Source: Phormidesmis sp. (GTDB lineage: Bacteria > Cyanobacteriota > Cyanobacteriia > Leptolyngbyales > Leptolyngbyaceae). Taken from it: DNA of 64,000 bases. The DNA lies in assembly GCA_965248535.1 (NCBI GenBank), contig CBDFJR010000005.1:704001-768000 (forward strand), in the 5' to 3' direction. Of the stretch, positions 54,201 to 64,000 are shown piece after piece; the first letter of the stretch is position 1, and each line of letters opens with the position of its first letter. The translations under genes and the position numbers were made by a program. The notes beneath the pieces were generated by a model. It saw only the letters and a program-made list of their open reading frames with translations. It was not told the DNA's origin and did no database searches.

Positions 54201-56524
54201 GCACTATTGGCATCATTAGCTGCTAACTCAGGAGCTTTGCTCACATAGACTACATAGCGACCATCCGCACTGACTGCATTGCCCGGTGTCAAGGTTGAGT
54301 CTTCACTCCCGGTCTTAGGCGTGAGCGTCGGATCGGTGCTCTGACGAGACACTAGGCTAATCGTCGCCCCGCTAGACTGGGCAATAAACACATCAGCCGC
54401 GCTATTGCCGTCGCGATCGACTAAATTGCTAGCCAGACTGGTGAACGCCACAAACGCCCCGTCTGCACTGATCGCTGATGTGAACACTGACGGACTGTTC
54501 GGATCGTCTGATGGAGAATCATTGTTGCCGATCGCGGTTGCACTGCGGCTAATTAAAGACGTAGTGCTGGCGGTTAGATCCCGCACAAACACATCGCGTT
54601 TGCCATTGGTGTCATTGGCAACTAGATTCGTGGCACTGCTGGCAAAACTAATGCGCTTGCCGTCTCCACTAATGGCAGGGTCAGACGAGGCATCATTGCC
54701 AAATGCCCCAGCGGTGTTGCCACTCACTAAAGAAGTGGTCAGTGTCGCAATTTCCCTGACAAACACATCTTGTTTGGCATTGCTGTCGATCGCGCTCACC
54801 AAATCTGTAGAGTAGCTGGTGAATGCAATAAATTTGCCGTCTCCGCTGATGAGGGGGTTGAGCGAACCACTGTCAGCAAACGGGCCACCTAGATTATTGC
54901 TGCTGTTTGTTCCGGCACTGTTGAAGCTGATTAAGCTGATTTTGTTGGCAGTCGTGCTGGCGCTATCCCACAAAAAGATATCTTGGGTGTTGTTGTTATC
55001 AATGCCATTGGCTATGAGATTAGTGGCCGTGCTGACAAATGCAACCCGACTACCATCGTTGCTAATCACCGGATTTCTCGATACATCATCTGCCCCGATC
55101 GTGGGGTCAAGCGAGGTGCTGATCACGTCCATTGTGTCCCCAACTCGACCCCAGCGAAACACGTCTTCGGTGGAGCCGTTAGGATCAGACGCAGTAGGAA
55201 CAAAATTAGTTGCGTTGCTGCTAAACACAACATAATTGCCATCCCGACTCATTGAGAATCCCGTCGAGACCCCTTTGTTGCCGCTGGCTGCCTTGGTGCG
55301 GTTGCGACTGACGAGCGTGACAGCATTACTGCTCGCTGACCCATCCCACTGAAAGACATCGGGCTGGTTGCCGCCATTGTTGTCAGCGAGAGCCGAGGTT
55401 AGGTTAGTCGCATCGCTCAAAAACGAGACATACTGCCCATTGTCACTGATGACAGGGTTATAGGAATCTCCATCTTGAACCGTGGTGGCATTGTTAGCAG
55501 CGCTCACGAGTCGAATTGTGTCGGTGCTGGTGGTGCCGTCCCATTTCCACACAAACACGTCTTTTTTAGCGTTTGTGTCACCCGAAACAATATCAGCCGC
55601 ATCACTCACAAACGCCACAGACAAGCCATCTCCACTGATCACAGCATTGGATGAAGCCCCGTTTGCGCTGCCCGTTTTACCGAGATTGTGGCTGACGAGT
55701 TTGAGAGTTGAAGTCTGACGATCGAGCCAAAATATATCTGATTTGCCATTTTTATCGTTAGCCACCACACTGCCCGAAGTGCTGGTGAAGATGATATAGC
55801 GTCCATCATTGCTCACCGAGCTAGCGCCCAAACTGCCGCCTGTGCTGTCACTGGTGCTCACCAAAGAGGAATCGATCGGAGACAGCAAATCAACAGGCAG
55901 CAAATGATGATAATTTGCCAAGGTAGACGCTTGAAAGACCAGACCTGCCGCAATCTCACCCGTGTGGACTTCTAAAGTCCAGTTGCCGCCAGCCGCCCGA
56001 TCGCCCGTTTGATCCGTCGATGCTGCAATATCTGCCCCCGTGATCTGCCCCAAACGCTGGACAAAACTAAGTCCCTGCTGACCTTGGGCAACATTGCACC
56101 CATAGAGCAAGATATCAGCGCCTTGCGTTAGCGCTTGCGACCATGATCTTAGCTGAGAGGCATAGCGATCGAGACTTTGCTCATTTAACTCAGTGGTGCC
56201 TAACTGCAAGCCGCCTGTCTCACCATGAGACACAATATGAAGACTAGAAATGCCGCTGCGCCCCAAAAGAGTGTGAGTAATCTGGGCAACAGCATCCTCG
56301 ATCGGGTTGAGAATGTGCACCTCAGTTCCAGCAGTCACCCCGGCCACTAAGCTCTGATAATCGGTGACGTTGGCCTCAATAAACAGCAGAGACGTAGCGG
56401 CACGAGCTTGGGCGAGAGTGGGCAGCGGGTTTGCCAAAGGGTTGCCAACCGCAGCTAGGGCAGACGCGCCAGCATCAGGCGACAACACAGAACGGTTTGA
56501 GGCAGATAACCCAGCAAATTCCAT
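45295..56524 (-). CDS. Giant surface protein (~3,740 aa if rejoined): DUF4347, TolB-like propeller repeats, beta-helix, 14 Calx-beta domains, FG-GAP/VCBS repeats; +1 frameshift at ~53870
   Basis: ORFs 53846-56524 and 45295-53901 join by removing one base in AAT CTT AGT C, giving FTSLATNLVSGDGNAKQDVFV, which fits the repeat consensus; GAGGAG RBS before 56524. Confidence 0.88.
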
Positions 56525-56758
56525 GACGTTGAACTCCTCGCAAAGTGACCGGGGTTAGAAAGACGGGTCTAGCCGAAACTATCCTTCCCAAAGACGTAAG
56601 TAGAACACACATTTCTGAGAACAAACACGCAATCTTTCCGTCCGCAACGGTCAATCTTTACAATTTTTTGGCAGAAAATTATTGATATTTACGGAGGCGA
56701 TCGTGCTCCAGCGAGTGCTATCGAGCGTTTGAACACCAGATCGGAATATACTGAAATC

Positions 56759-57643
56759 ATGGTTGCAAATTTTTTGCCTGCTGAATCTGCTGGTCTCAGC
56801 GAGGCTGCTTCAATTGCCCTGTCTCAGCAGATCACTCGTCACGCGATCGCGACTCCGTTGATTAAAGCCGCGATCGAGACAGCATACGTCCATCAAGGTG
56901 CAGGCGGCACCCCGATTTTGCTGCTGCATGGGTTTGATAGCTCAGTCTTTGAGTTTCGCCGCCTGTTGCCCCTGCTTGCCGCCCAGCAAGACACTTGGGC
57001 CGTCGATATGTTGGGGTTTGGGTTCACAGATCGCCCGATCGGCGTTGCCTTTAGCCCCACCAGCCTCAAAACCCACCTTCATGCGTTTTGGCAGACCTTG
57101 ATCGGGCAGCCTGTGATCTTAGTCGGGGCTTCCATGGGCGGAGCCGCCGCGATCGATTTCGCCCTCACCTATCCTCAAGCGGTGGCAAAGCTTGTGCTGA
57201 TTGACAGTGCCGGATTCGCCGCCGGCCCAGCCGTCTCTCGATTTCTGGTTCCGCCTCTCGGCTATCTAGCCACCGAATTTTTACGCCAGCCCCAAGTCAG
57301 ACGACAAGTCAGTCTCAAAGCTTACGCTGATCCCACGTTTGTGACACCCGACGCGCAGCTATGCGCCGCCCTACACTTGCAGTTACCCCGATGGAGTCAG
57401 TCCATTATTGCCTTCACCAAGAGCGGCGGCTATAACTTTTTGAGCGATAAAATCTCGCAGATTAATCAACCGACGCTAATTATTTGGGGCGACACTGACC
57501 AAATTTTGGGCACCCAAGACGCAGAGCGCTTCAAAGATGCGATTCCAACTAGCCAACTCCGGTGGATTCAAAACTGCGGACACGTTCCCCATCTAGAGCA
57601 GCCCAAAATCACAGCCGCCTGCCTTCTAGAACGTTTTGAGTAA
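56759..57643 (+). CDS. Alpha/beta-fold hydrolase
   Basis: LLHGFDSS, GASMGG, WGDTD, CGHVPHLEQP. Confidence 0.92.
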   Translation: MVANFLPAESAGLSEAASIALSQQITRHAIATPLIKAAIETAYVHQGAGGTPILLLHGFDSSVFEFRRLLPLLAAQQDTWAVDMLGFGFTDRPIGVAFSPTSLKTHLHAFWQTLIGQPVILVGASMGGAAAIDFALTYPQAVAKLVLIDSAGFAAGPAVSRFLVPPLGYLATEFLRQPQVRRQVSLKAYADPTFVTPDAQLCAALHLQLPRWSQSIIAFTKSGGYNFLSDKISQINQPTLIIWGDTDQILGTQDAERFKDAIPTSQLRWIQNCGHVPHLEQPKITAACLLERFE

Positions 57644-57841
57644 CCCGACGATGGGACTCAGACCGAGTAACTTTCCTAGGCAGCGCTCAGAATGACTTAA
57701 GCCAAAATAGCTATTTTTTGTTAAGAAATTTGATATTTCTGATACTATCCGCTAGTCTTTTTCCTAAGTGTTTATACTAAACTCTAGCCACTTAACCACC
57801 GTGCTGCCGAGGCCAAGTCTGATGTAATTTAACAGCAGAAC

Positions 57842-60800
57842 ATGGCATCTACCCACAAGTCTCTCATTGCTTACTTAACGGTCTTAGGATCAGGAATCGG
57901 CCTTTGTAGTCAGCTTCATGCCCAGACCATTGTTCCCTCCCTAGATGGGGTGGGCACGTCTGTCTTGCAGAATGGCAACGTCTTCGACATTGAAGGAGGG
58001 GTGACATCTCGCAACGGCACAAATCTCTTTCACAGTTTTCAAAAGTTCGGTCTTGATATCAATCAAACGGCTAACTTCCGGTCTAACCCAAAGATTCAAA
58101 CCATTATTAGCCGAGATGTGGGGGGTATCCCCTCGCTGATTAACGGGCTGCTGCAAGTCACAGGCAGCAACGCCAATTTTTATTTCATTAACCCGGCGGG
58201 GATTATCTTAGGATCGAGCGCCCGGCTGAATGTGCCTGCTGCCTTTATGGCCACCACTGCTAACGGCATTGGCTTTGGCAACAACTGGTTTAATGCGATC
58301 GGGTCGAATGATTATCTATCTTTAGGGTCAGCCCCCAGCAGCTTTGCATTTACAATGCCTCAGCCAGGGGTGATCATCAATGCTGGTAACCTCACCGTGG
58401 GGTCAGGGCAACCACTCACCCTGTTAGGCGGGACGGTGATCAACACCGGACAACTCAGCGCTCCGGGTGGACAGATCACCATTGCGGCTGTTCCGGGTGA
58501 AAGCCTCGTGCGCGTCAGCCAGCCAGGTCGTTTATTAAGTCTAGAACTGCAATCTTTGACCGCTCCTTCTCCGCTTTCGGCGCTGCCATTTTCTCCTCTC
58601 TCTCTACCTCAGCTTTTGACGGGGGGCGGTGGAGGGCACGCAACGGGGATGGTGATCGACAATAACACCGTCAAGTTAGTCGGTTCTGGGGTGACGCTGC
58701 CCACAGCATCAGGGACGGCGATCGTGTCCGATCAAATCAATGTTTCAGGAGTCAAGGGGGGCACCGTTCAGGTTTTGGGAGATCGGGTCGCGCTGGTGAA
58801 TGCCACGATCGCCGCATCTGGAACCCAAGGCGGCGGAACGGTGCTGATCGGGGGCGATTATCAGGGCCGAGGCACAGTGCCCAAAGCAACTCTAACGAGT
58901 GTTGATGCCAACTCTACTATCAGCGCCAACGCTTGGCAGCAAGGGGATGGAGGGAAGATTGTTGTTTGGGCAGATGGCACCACCCGGTTTAATGGTCAGA
59001 TCGAGGCTCGTGGCGGTGCTCAGGCGGGCAATGGCGGGTTAGTCGAGGTTTCAGGCAAGGAACATTTGGACTTTAAGGGACAGGTTGACACCAGCGCCGC
59101 AAACGGAATCACAGGGCACCTTTTGCTAGATCCCCGCGATATCACGATCGTAGGGGGAAGTGGAGGAACACCCCCAGATGATCAAGAACTGCTCTCGACT
59201 GGGCAACTAGCTGGAACAAATGATTATGCCATTTCGCAAACCGCTCTAGAAACTCTAGCCGCCCGCACAACCTTCACATTGCAGGCAGACAATAACATTA
59301 CTATTCAAGCGTTGAGCAATAACACCCTCAACCTGTCCCAAACAACGGGCACCTTTGAGTTTATTGCCAAGAATACATTTTCGATGAATCCCAGCAACAC
59401 TCTCACTACTCAGGGAGCAGGCATTAAGATTCAGGCAGGCAATCAGGCGACGATCGGCGGCATCGAAGCGGGAGGCTCGATCGACCTAGTGAGCGATCGG
59501 CTAAATTTTTTGGGAGGGGTTGATTCGATTCGTCCCAAACGGGGGGTTTCTACCCAGATCAGCCTACGATCGGGTTCCCCTAATAGACTGGTCAGGCTAG
59601 AAGACAACAACAGTTCTACTGATAAAAATAATGAAGTTCTAGACATTCATGTCGGCGAACTGGCGGCAATTCAGCAACAAAATTTTACTCAGCTTGCGAT
59701 TCAAGGAGATGACATCGACATCACCAGAGATTTTCCGAGTGGAACCCCCATTTTTCCATTCCGAACCAAGCTGGTGCTAGAAGCGCGAAACGCGGTCACC
59801 ATTGACAACAGTATTATTCCTGGGCTAACAGTTCCCTCTCTGGTGATTAGGGCTAATAAGATTGTCTTGCCTAATGCTCCGGGAGTGATTCAATCTGGGT
59901 CTGTGACTCTGGGCGCTTCAGTCAACAGTCCCCAGACTAACATTGTTGTGGGGACACCCTCAGCAGAATCTTTGAAGGATCTGACGATTACCCAACAAAG
60001 TTTAGATGCTATTACGACTCCTGCGCTGCAATCTCTGACGTTTGAGACTGGGGGAAACATCACCGTTACCCAGCCTGTGACCACTAATGCTGCTCTCAAC
60101 TTCCAGCTTCAAGGCAATTTTACGCTGTTGCAACCAGCCTCAACAAACGGAGGCAATTTTTCCGTCAACACAACCGGAACCATTCAACTAGCAAGTCCTG
60201 TTCGCACCCAAGGGGGCACGATCGCGTTAAAGGGCGCTGCGCTAACAACAACCTTGTTAGATGCGAGTAATCTATCCGGTCAGGGCGGCGCGATTAATCT
60301 GCAAGCAGGCAGTGTGGTCACGGGAGATTTAAATAGCTCTGGGCAGCAGGGCGGAGCCATCACCGTGCAGGCTCCTACGGGCATTACGACTCAGGCGATT
60401 AATTCTAGCGGCTCGTTGTTGGGCGGTGGCGCAGTCAACTTGAGCACCCTGCGGGCGGTTGATGTGGGGTCAATTAACGCTCAAGGCGGGACTCAGGGGA
60501 GTGGTGGCGACATTGGCATAGACTTTGTGGATGCGCGGGGTGGCGACGCAGGCAAGGGTGGAACGGTGGATGTGACTACCAATGGGCGGTTTCGATCGCA
60601 GGGCAGTTTTTTGGTGAATGGAATTGATACTAGTATTGCGACAGGGGGCGGATTGGGGGGCGGAAACATTAAGATTCAGGTGGCAAAGAATCAGTTAAAT
60701 GTCCCGTTTACGGTGGGGGACTCGTCAATCAACGGCACCAAAGGCGCGCTTTCTACGGGCGCAGATAATGTGATTTTGCCCCGGCAGGTGATTTCAGGAG

Positions 60801-62392
60801 ATTTTACGCAGACAGGGCGATCGGGCACGATTCAAATCACGTCGGGCAGCAGGGTGCCCACCATTGAGCCAATACCAACCTTACCGACGACCCCATCAAC
60901 GATTCCATCGGGTGATTTATCTACCCTTCTGATTCCCAATCTAATTCCACCGTTGCCGCTTGCTTTGCCCGACGAAACTGTTCAACGACTGAGCGACATT
61001 CAGCGCACTCTGCAACAGTTAGAGATTGATAAGGGGATTCGACCAGCCCTGATCTATGTCAGTTTTTTGCCAATGCCCCTACAAGATGAACCCAGGCAAG
61101 CCAACAGACAAAAACAGCGCAATGCCATAGAAACTCAGTTTTTTTCCCAGAAGGCTCCCTTGGCGATTCCAGAGTATAGGCTTGAGGGTGAGCAAAAAGC
61201 CCCTCATTTAATCGGCTATCGTCAGTCTGAAGAGTATCAACCAGTCAATGAACCCAATCGATTGGAACTCTTGATGGTGACTAGCCAGAATGTCTACTCT
61301 CAACCCTTTTGTTTAGATAAGCAGGGGGCGGAGCAAAATTGTTCAGGCTATTTGGGTGATAGTCATGAAGCAGTGACGGAGAAAGTTCAAGAACTACAGG
61401 AATGCTTTATTAAACCTCAAGAAACAAAAGCAGCGAGTTGGAACTGTGCTCGCAGTGCGGCTAGACTGCTCTATAGGCGGTTATTAGCCCCGCTAGAGAG
61501 CAAAATTGAGGGCGATCGCATCGACAACATTGCCTTTGTGATGCCAGTGGGGTTGAGACAAATCCCGATCGCCGCGTTGCTCTATGACGATCAGCAGAGA
61601 AAAGAGCAGTCGATTTTAACTAAAAAATACAGCATTGGCTTTGTTCCTAGTATGACAGATACCCTAATTTGGCCAAAGCGAGGTATGCAGGAATCTAATC
61701 TGCTGGCATTGGGGGTCTCTAAATTTCACAAGAGAGCCACTGACCTGCCGGGAGTAGAGAAGGAGCTTAAACAAGTTAACGAGGCTTGGACAAAAGACCG
61801 TCTCCTCTCCCCTGCCGATCGTCAAGGGTTCTCTGGCAGCACGTCGGGTGGTCAGTTTGTCAACGGAGCAAGGGCAGCTACTGTGCCTAAGGTTCATCAG
61901 TTGCATGATGAGGAGGTTACGGCATTGCGCTGGCAACAGTCAAGACAAAGCGGGCAGTATCCCCTTGTTCATTTAGCAACCCATGCTCAGTTTGAACAGA
62001 CACAACCCGAAAATTCTCAGCTATGGTTTGGCGATCGGGCCCTAACATTCAAGGAATTTGAGATGGCTAGCCTGCATATCCCGCGCATCGACCTTTTAAT
62101 CTTGAGTGCTTGTTCTACGGCAACTAGTAGTGACACCAGCGCTGCGTTTGAGTATGGATTTGCAGGATTAGCCCATGAGTTAGGAGTCAAGTCGGTGTTA
62201 GCAAGTCTATGGCTCGCCAATGACCAACAAACTGGGGACAATTTAATGCCTCTTTTCTATAAAAACCTCCGTGACCCTGCAACTAGAACGAAAGCTGAAG
62301 CGCTGAGAAAAGCCCAACTCAGCCTTTATGAAGACCCAAACCTTGACCCTCGATATTGGGCTGGCTTTGTCATGGTGGGCAGCCCGTGGTAG
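57842..62392 (+). CDS. Filamentous-haemagglutinin (TPS) N-terminal domain protein with C-terminal CHAT peptidase domain
   Basis: Signal peptide (LHA-Q), NLFHSFQKF, INPAGI, GGLVEVSGK, LLLDP; C-terminal VHLATHA, LILSACST, SVLASLW, PRYWAGFVMVGSPW. Confidence 0.92.
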   Translation: MASTHKSLIAYLTVLGSGIGLCSQLHAQTIVPSLDGVGTSVLQNGNVFDIEGGVTSRNGTNLFHSFQKFGLDINQTANFRSNPKIQTIISRDVGGIPSLINGLLQVTGSNANFYFINPAGIILGSSARLNVPAAFMATTANGIGFGNNWFNAIGSNDYLSLGSAPSSFAFTMPQPGVIINAGNLTVGSGQPLTLLGGTVINTGQLSAPGGQITIAAVPGESLVRVSQPGRLLSLELQSLTAPSPLSALPFSPLSLPQLLTGGGGGHATGMVIDNNTVKLVGSGVTLPTASGTAIVSDQINVSGVKGGTVQVLGDRVALVNATIAASGTQGGGTVLIGGDYQGRGTVPKATLTSVDANSTISANAWQQGDGGKIVVWADGTTRFNGQIEARGGAQAGNGGLVEVSGKEHLDFKGQVDTSAANGITGHLLLDPRDITIVGGSGGTPPDDQELLSTGQLAGTNDYAISQTALETLAARTTFTLQADNNITIQALSNNTLNLSQTTGTFEFIAKNTFSMNPSNTLTTQGAGIKIQAGNQATIGGIEAGGSIDLVSDRLNFLGGVDSIRPKRGVSTQISLRSGSPNRLVRLEDNNSSTDKNNEVLDIHVGELAAIQQQNFTQLAIQGDDIDITRDFPSGTPIFPFRTKLVLEARNAVTIDNSIIPGLTVPSLVIRANKIVLPNAPGVIQSGSVTLGASVNSPQTNIVVGTPSAESLKDLTITQQSLDAITTPALQSLTFETGGNITVTQPVTTNAALNFQLQGNFTLLQPASTNGGNFSVNTTGTIQLASPVRTQGGTIALKGAALTTTLLDASNLSGQGGAINLQAGSVVTGDLNSSGQQGGAITVQAPTGITTQAINSSGSLLGGGAVNLSTLRAVDVGSINAQGGTQGSGGDIGIDFVDARGGDAGKGGTVDVTTNGRFRSQGSFLVNGIDTSIATGGGLGGGNIKIQVAKNQLNVPFTVGDSSINGTKGALSTGADNVILPRQVISGDFTQTGRSGTIQITSGSRVPTIEPIPTLPTTPSTIPSGDLSTLLIPNLIPPLPLALPDETVQRLSDIQRTLQQLEIDKGIRPALIYVSFLPMPLQDEPRQANRQKQRNAIETQFFSQKAPLAIPEYRLEGEQKAPHLIGYRQSEEYQPVNEPNRLELLMVTSQNVYSQPFCLDKQGAEQNCSGYLGDSHEAVTEKVQELQECFIKPQETKAASWNCARSAARLLYRRLLAPLESKIEGDRIDNIAFVMPVGLRQIPIAALLYDDQQRKEQSILTKKYSIGFVPSMTDTLIWPKRGMQESNLLALGVSKFHKRATDLPGVEKELKQVNEAWTKDRLLSPADRQGFSGSTSGGQFVNGARAATVPKVHQLHDEEVTALRWQQSRQSGQYPLVHLATHAQFEQTQPENSQLWFGDRALTFKEFEMASLHIPRIDLLILSACSTATSSDTSAAFEYGFAGLAHELGVKSVLASLWLANDQQTGDNLMPLFYKNLRDPATRTKAEALRKAQLSLYEDPNLDPRYWAGFVMVGSPW

Positions 62393-62397
62393 AGACA

Positions 62398-63141
62398 CTA
62401 TCGTTTTAGGTAAATCGTGCATTCTGGGTTGTTCCGAATGCGGTTGAGCTTATCGGTAAGGTCTGGTTTGGGCTGAGGTTCAGCAAACATCAGTTGAATC
62501 GCATCAGCCCGGAGGTTTCCTTCCATTGCCAAGTAACGCCAGTAGGCTTCTGAACTAGAGAACATGGCAGCAGATTTAGCAGGCTTTTCAACTACTTGAA
62601 ACGATCGCTCTAAAGACAACTCTATGGGTTTTTGACTAGGTTTGACATCTGCTTGGTTTTCATAAAAAACCTGTAGAGTATATTGTCCAACTGTTAAAGG
62701 TTGAACCTTTGACTGAGGAGACGCACCCGACCCATAGCGGATCTGCTGTTGATTAGGGTCAATATTAGCCTGCTCCCAAATGATTGATTTAGAATTTCTT
62801 TTTGTGGGTTGCAAAACCCGGACACGGGTGACAACTAGCCCAAATTTAGGTGGCTTGCTTGCGGCATCGATCACTAAATTCTTCCAAATAAACAGAGGGG
62901 TTTGACTAGATGTTTTATAAAGACTGGCATCTTCAGAGGAGGGCCAGAGCACGCAGAGAGGATCGCGAGAGCTACCAGAACCCTTAGAGCCAATCAACCA
63001 ATCCCAAAAAGAACCTGCTTGGGCGATCGCATCCCGCACTCCCACTTGATTTTTGTGAGTCGTGATCTCGATCGCGCCAATGCCCGCAGTCAATCCTAGA
63101 AAAAGCAGCCCGATCGCACACTTTTTAATCACTCGTTGCAT
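62398..63141 (-). CDS. Exported hypothetical protein, DUF928-like
   Basis: Signal peptide; GSSRDPLCVLWP...TSSQTPLFIWK; start overlaps the upstream gene's end. Confidence 0.6.
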   Translation of the reverse strand: MQRVIKKCAIGLLFLGLTAGIGAIEITTHKNQVGVRDAIAQAGSFWDWLIGSKGSGSSRDPLCVLWPSSEDASLYKTSSQTPLFIWKNLVIDAASKPPKFGLVVTRVRVLQPTKRNSKSIIWEQANIDPNQQQIRYGSGASPQSKVQPLTVGQYTLQVFYENQADVKPSQKPIELSLERSFQVVEKPAKSAAMFSSSEAYWRYLAMEGNLRADAIQLMFAEPQPKPDLTDKLNRIRNNPECTIYLKR

Positions 63142-64000
63142 AACGTAGCCTCCGTTGATTTTGTATTTGTGATATCCACGGCCAGAGGGTCAACCCCACC
63201 ACAACTGAAGGGAAGATGATGGGTATTGCTAGTCCGCATAGACTATAGAGTTGCAGTGATCCTAAAACATAGGCTAAATATCCGATCGGTAGATTGTTAA
63301 GCCAGCGATCGCGCTTCTCTGGGCTACTCTGATCGAGTTGTGAATAAATCTCTTTAGAGACCCCAACAGCGAGAAGAATAAACAGTATTGGGTGAAGTGC
63401 CCAAATGAAATGACGATTTTTAATTTGATAGACCATGTAGGCATGGACAATACCCAGGGGGAAAATCTTGTCATCTGAACTCATTTGACACTGCGACTGC
63501 TTCTGTCCCAACCCTACTACTCCCCGAAAACTACACCAATAGCGCATCGCGGCCGGAAAAGATTCTTTGTCCTCTTTATCTTGCAAATCATAGCCACCGG
63601 GAATGATGATCACGATCTGATTCTTAATACCAGCCCTAAATTCTTGATCATCTAATTTTTCAGCTAAGTCTTTTGCTTTGACTTTGGTATATACCTGATC
63701 AGGCGATAAAGAAAAATCTAATAAGTTTTGTAGCCAAAAAGAAGACTGGCGATCGTGCAAAATAGCCTGTAGAGGCTGCCCCGAATCGGCATCTTTGGGC
63801 AACTTGTTCAATTGTATTGGTAGTCTGAGTTGCAAAGGACTAGAAGAAGAGCTAGAAGGAGTCAGTTTGTTGGCTTCTTGTTGAGTCATTTGCTGAACTA
63901 GCGTTAGCAAATAGGCAAAAGGCAGGGTTGATTTTGAGTCGGGTGGATTTTTATACTGTACATTCAGGGGATCTTGATCAGGTAGTTCTACTTGCCACGG
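63125..64000 (-). CDS. CHASE2-domain membrane protein, C-terminal part (5' end outside the window)
   Basis: Frame is open to base 64000 (PWQVELP...PFAYLL); WLQNLLDFSLSPDQVY, VIIIPGGY, GIVHAYM, then 3 TM helices. Confidence 0.7.
   Translation of the reverse strand, partial: PWQVELPDQDPLNVQYKNPPDSKSTLPFAYLLTLVQQMTQQEANKLTPSSSSSSPLQLRLPIQLNKLPKDADSGQPLQAILHDRQSSFWLQNLLDFSLSPDQVYTKVKAKDLAEKLDDQEFRAGIKNQIVIIIPGGYDLQDKEDKESFPAAMRYWCSFRGVVGLGQKQSQCQMSSDDKIFPLGIVHAYMVYQIKNRHFIWALHPILFILLAVGVSKEIYSQLDQSSPEKRDRWLNNLPIGYLAYVLGSLQLYSLCGLAIPIIFPSVVVGLTLWPWISQIQNQRRLRYATSD

Noticed and set aside
46084..56558. Numerous plus-strand ORFs over the giant gene, and similar short ORFs over psaAB and other genes
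   Set aside because: Antisense or alternate-frame shadows of well-supported genes.
56525..56758. c-di-GMP riboswitch upstream of the adhesin-like gene
   Set aside because: I could not find the GEMM consensus elements on the minus strand.

Overview
Chromosomal DNA from a cyanobacterium. The evidence is psaA-psaB, psaL, ndhH and very frequent HIP1 octamers (GCGATCGC). The gene content suggests a filamentous lineage, but that is inference. Most of the window is housekeeping or conserved-hypothetical genes: rsmH, ndhH, agmatinase, FdhF/YdeP-like oxidoreductase, PIN-PhoH, an M16 peptidase pair, two USPs, gmk-remA/NFACT, a glycosyltransferase-gmd-fcl cluster, psaAB, a phosphohexomutase, tRNA-Arg(UCU), two DedA genes and an ABC exporter. 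The right third is a cell-surface locus: a ~3,740-aa DUF4347/propeller/Calx-beta/FG-GAP protein, a haemagglutinin(TPS)-CHAT protein, and a convergent CHASE2 plus DUF928-like pair. Signals the ORF track does not show: (1) a probable NtcA-repressed ~125-nt sRNA at ~21244-21368; (2) an intact tnpB-only IS200/IS605 element with visible end hairpins and a predictable guide; (3) a 52-bp perfectly identical tract shared by psaA and psaB, suggesting gene conversion; (4) a stand-alone PsaL of the proline-loop, tetramer-associated type; (5) two neighbouring surface proteins that each carry a caspase-clan-like His/Cys dyad; (6) three genes broken by small frameshifts, which may be sequencing errors; (7) a partial hicB at the left edge. 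No CRISPR array or rRNA is visible. All family calls come from motif recognition, not database searches.
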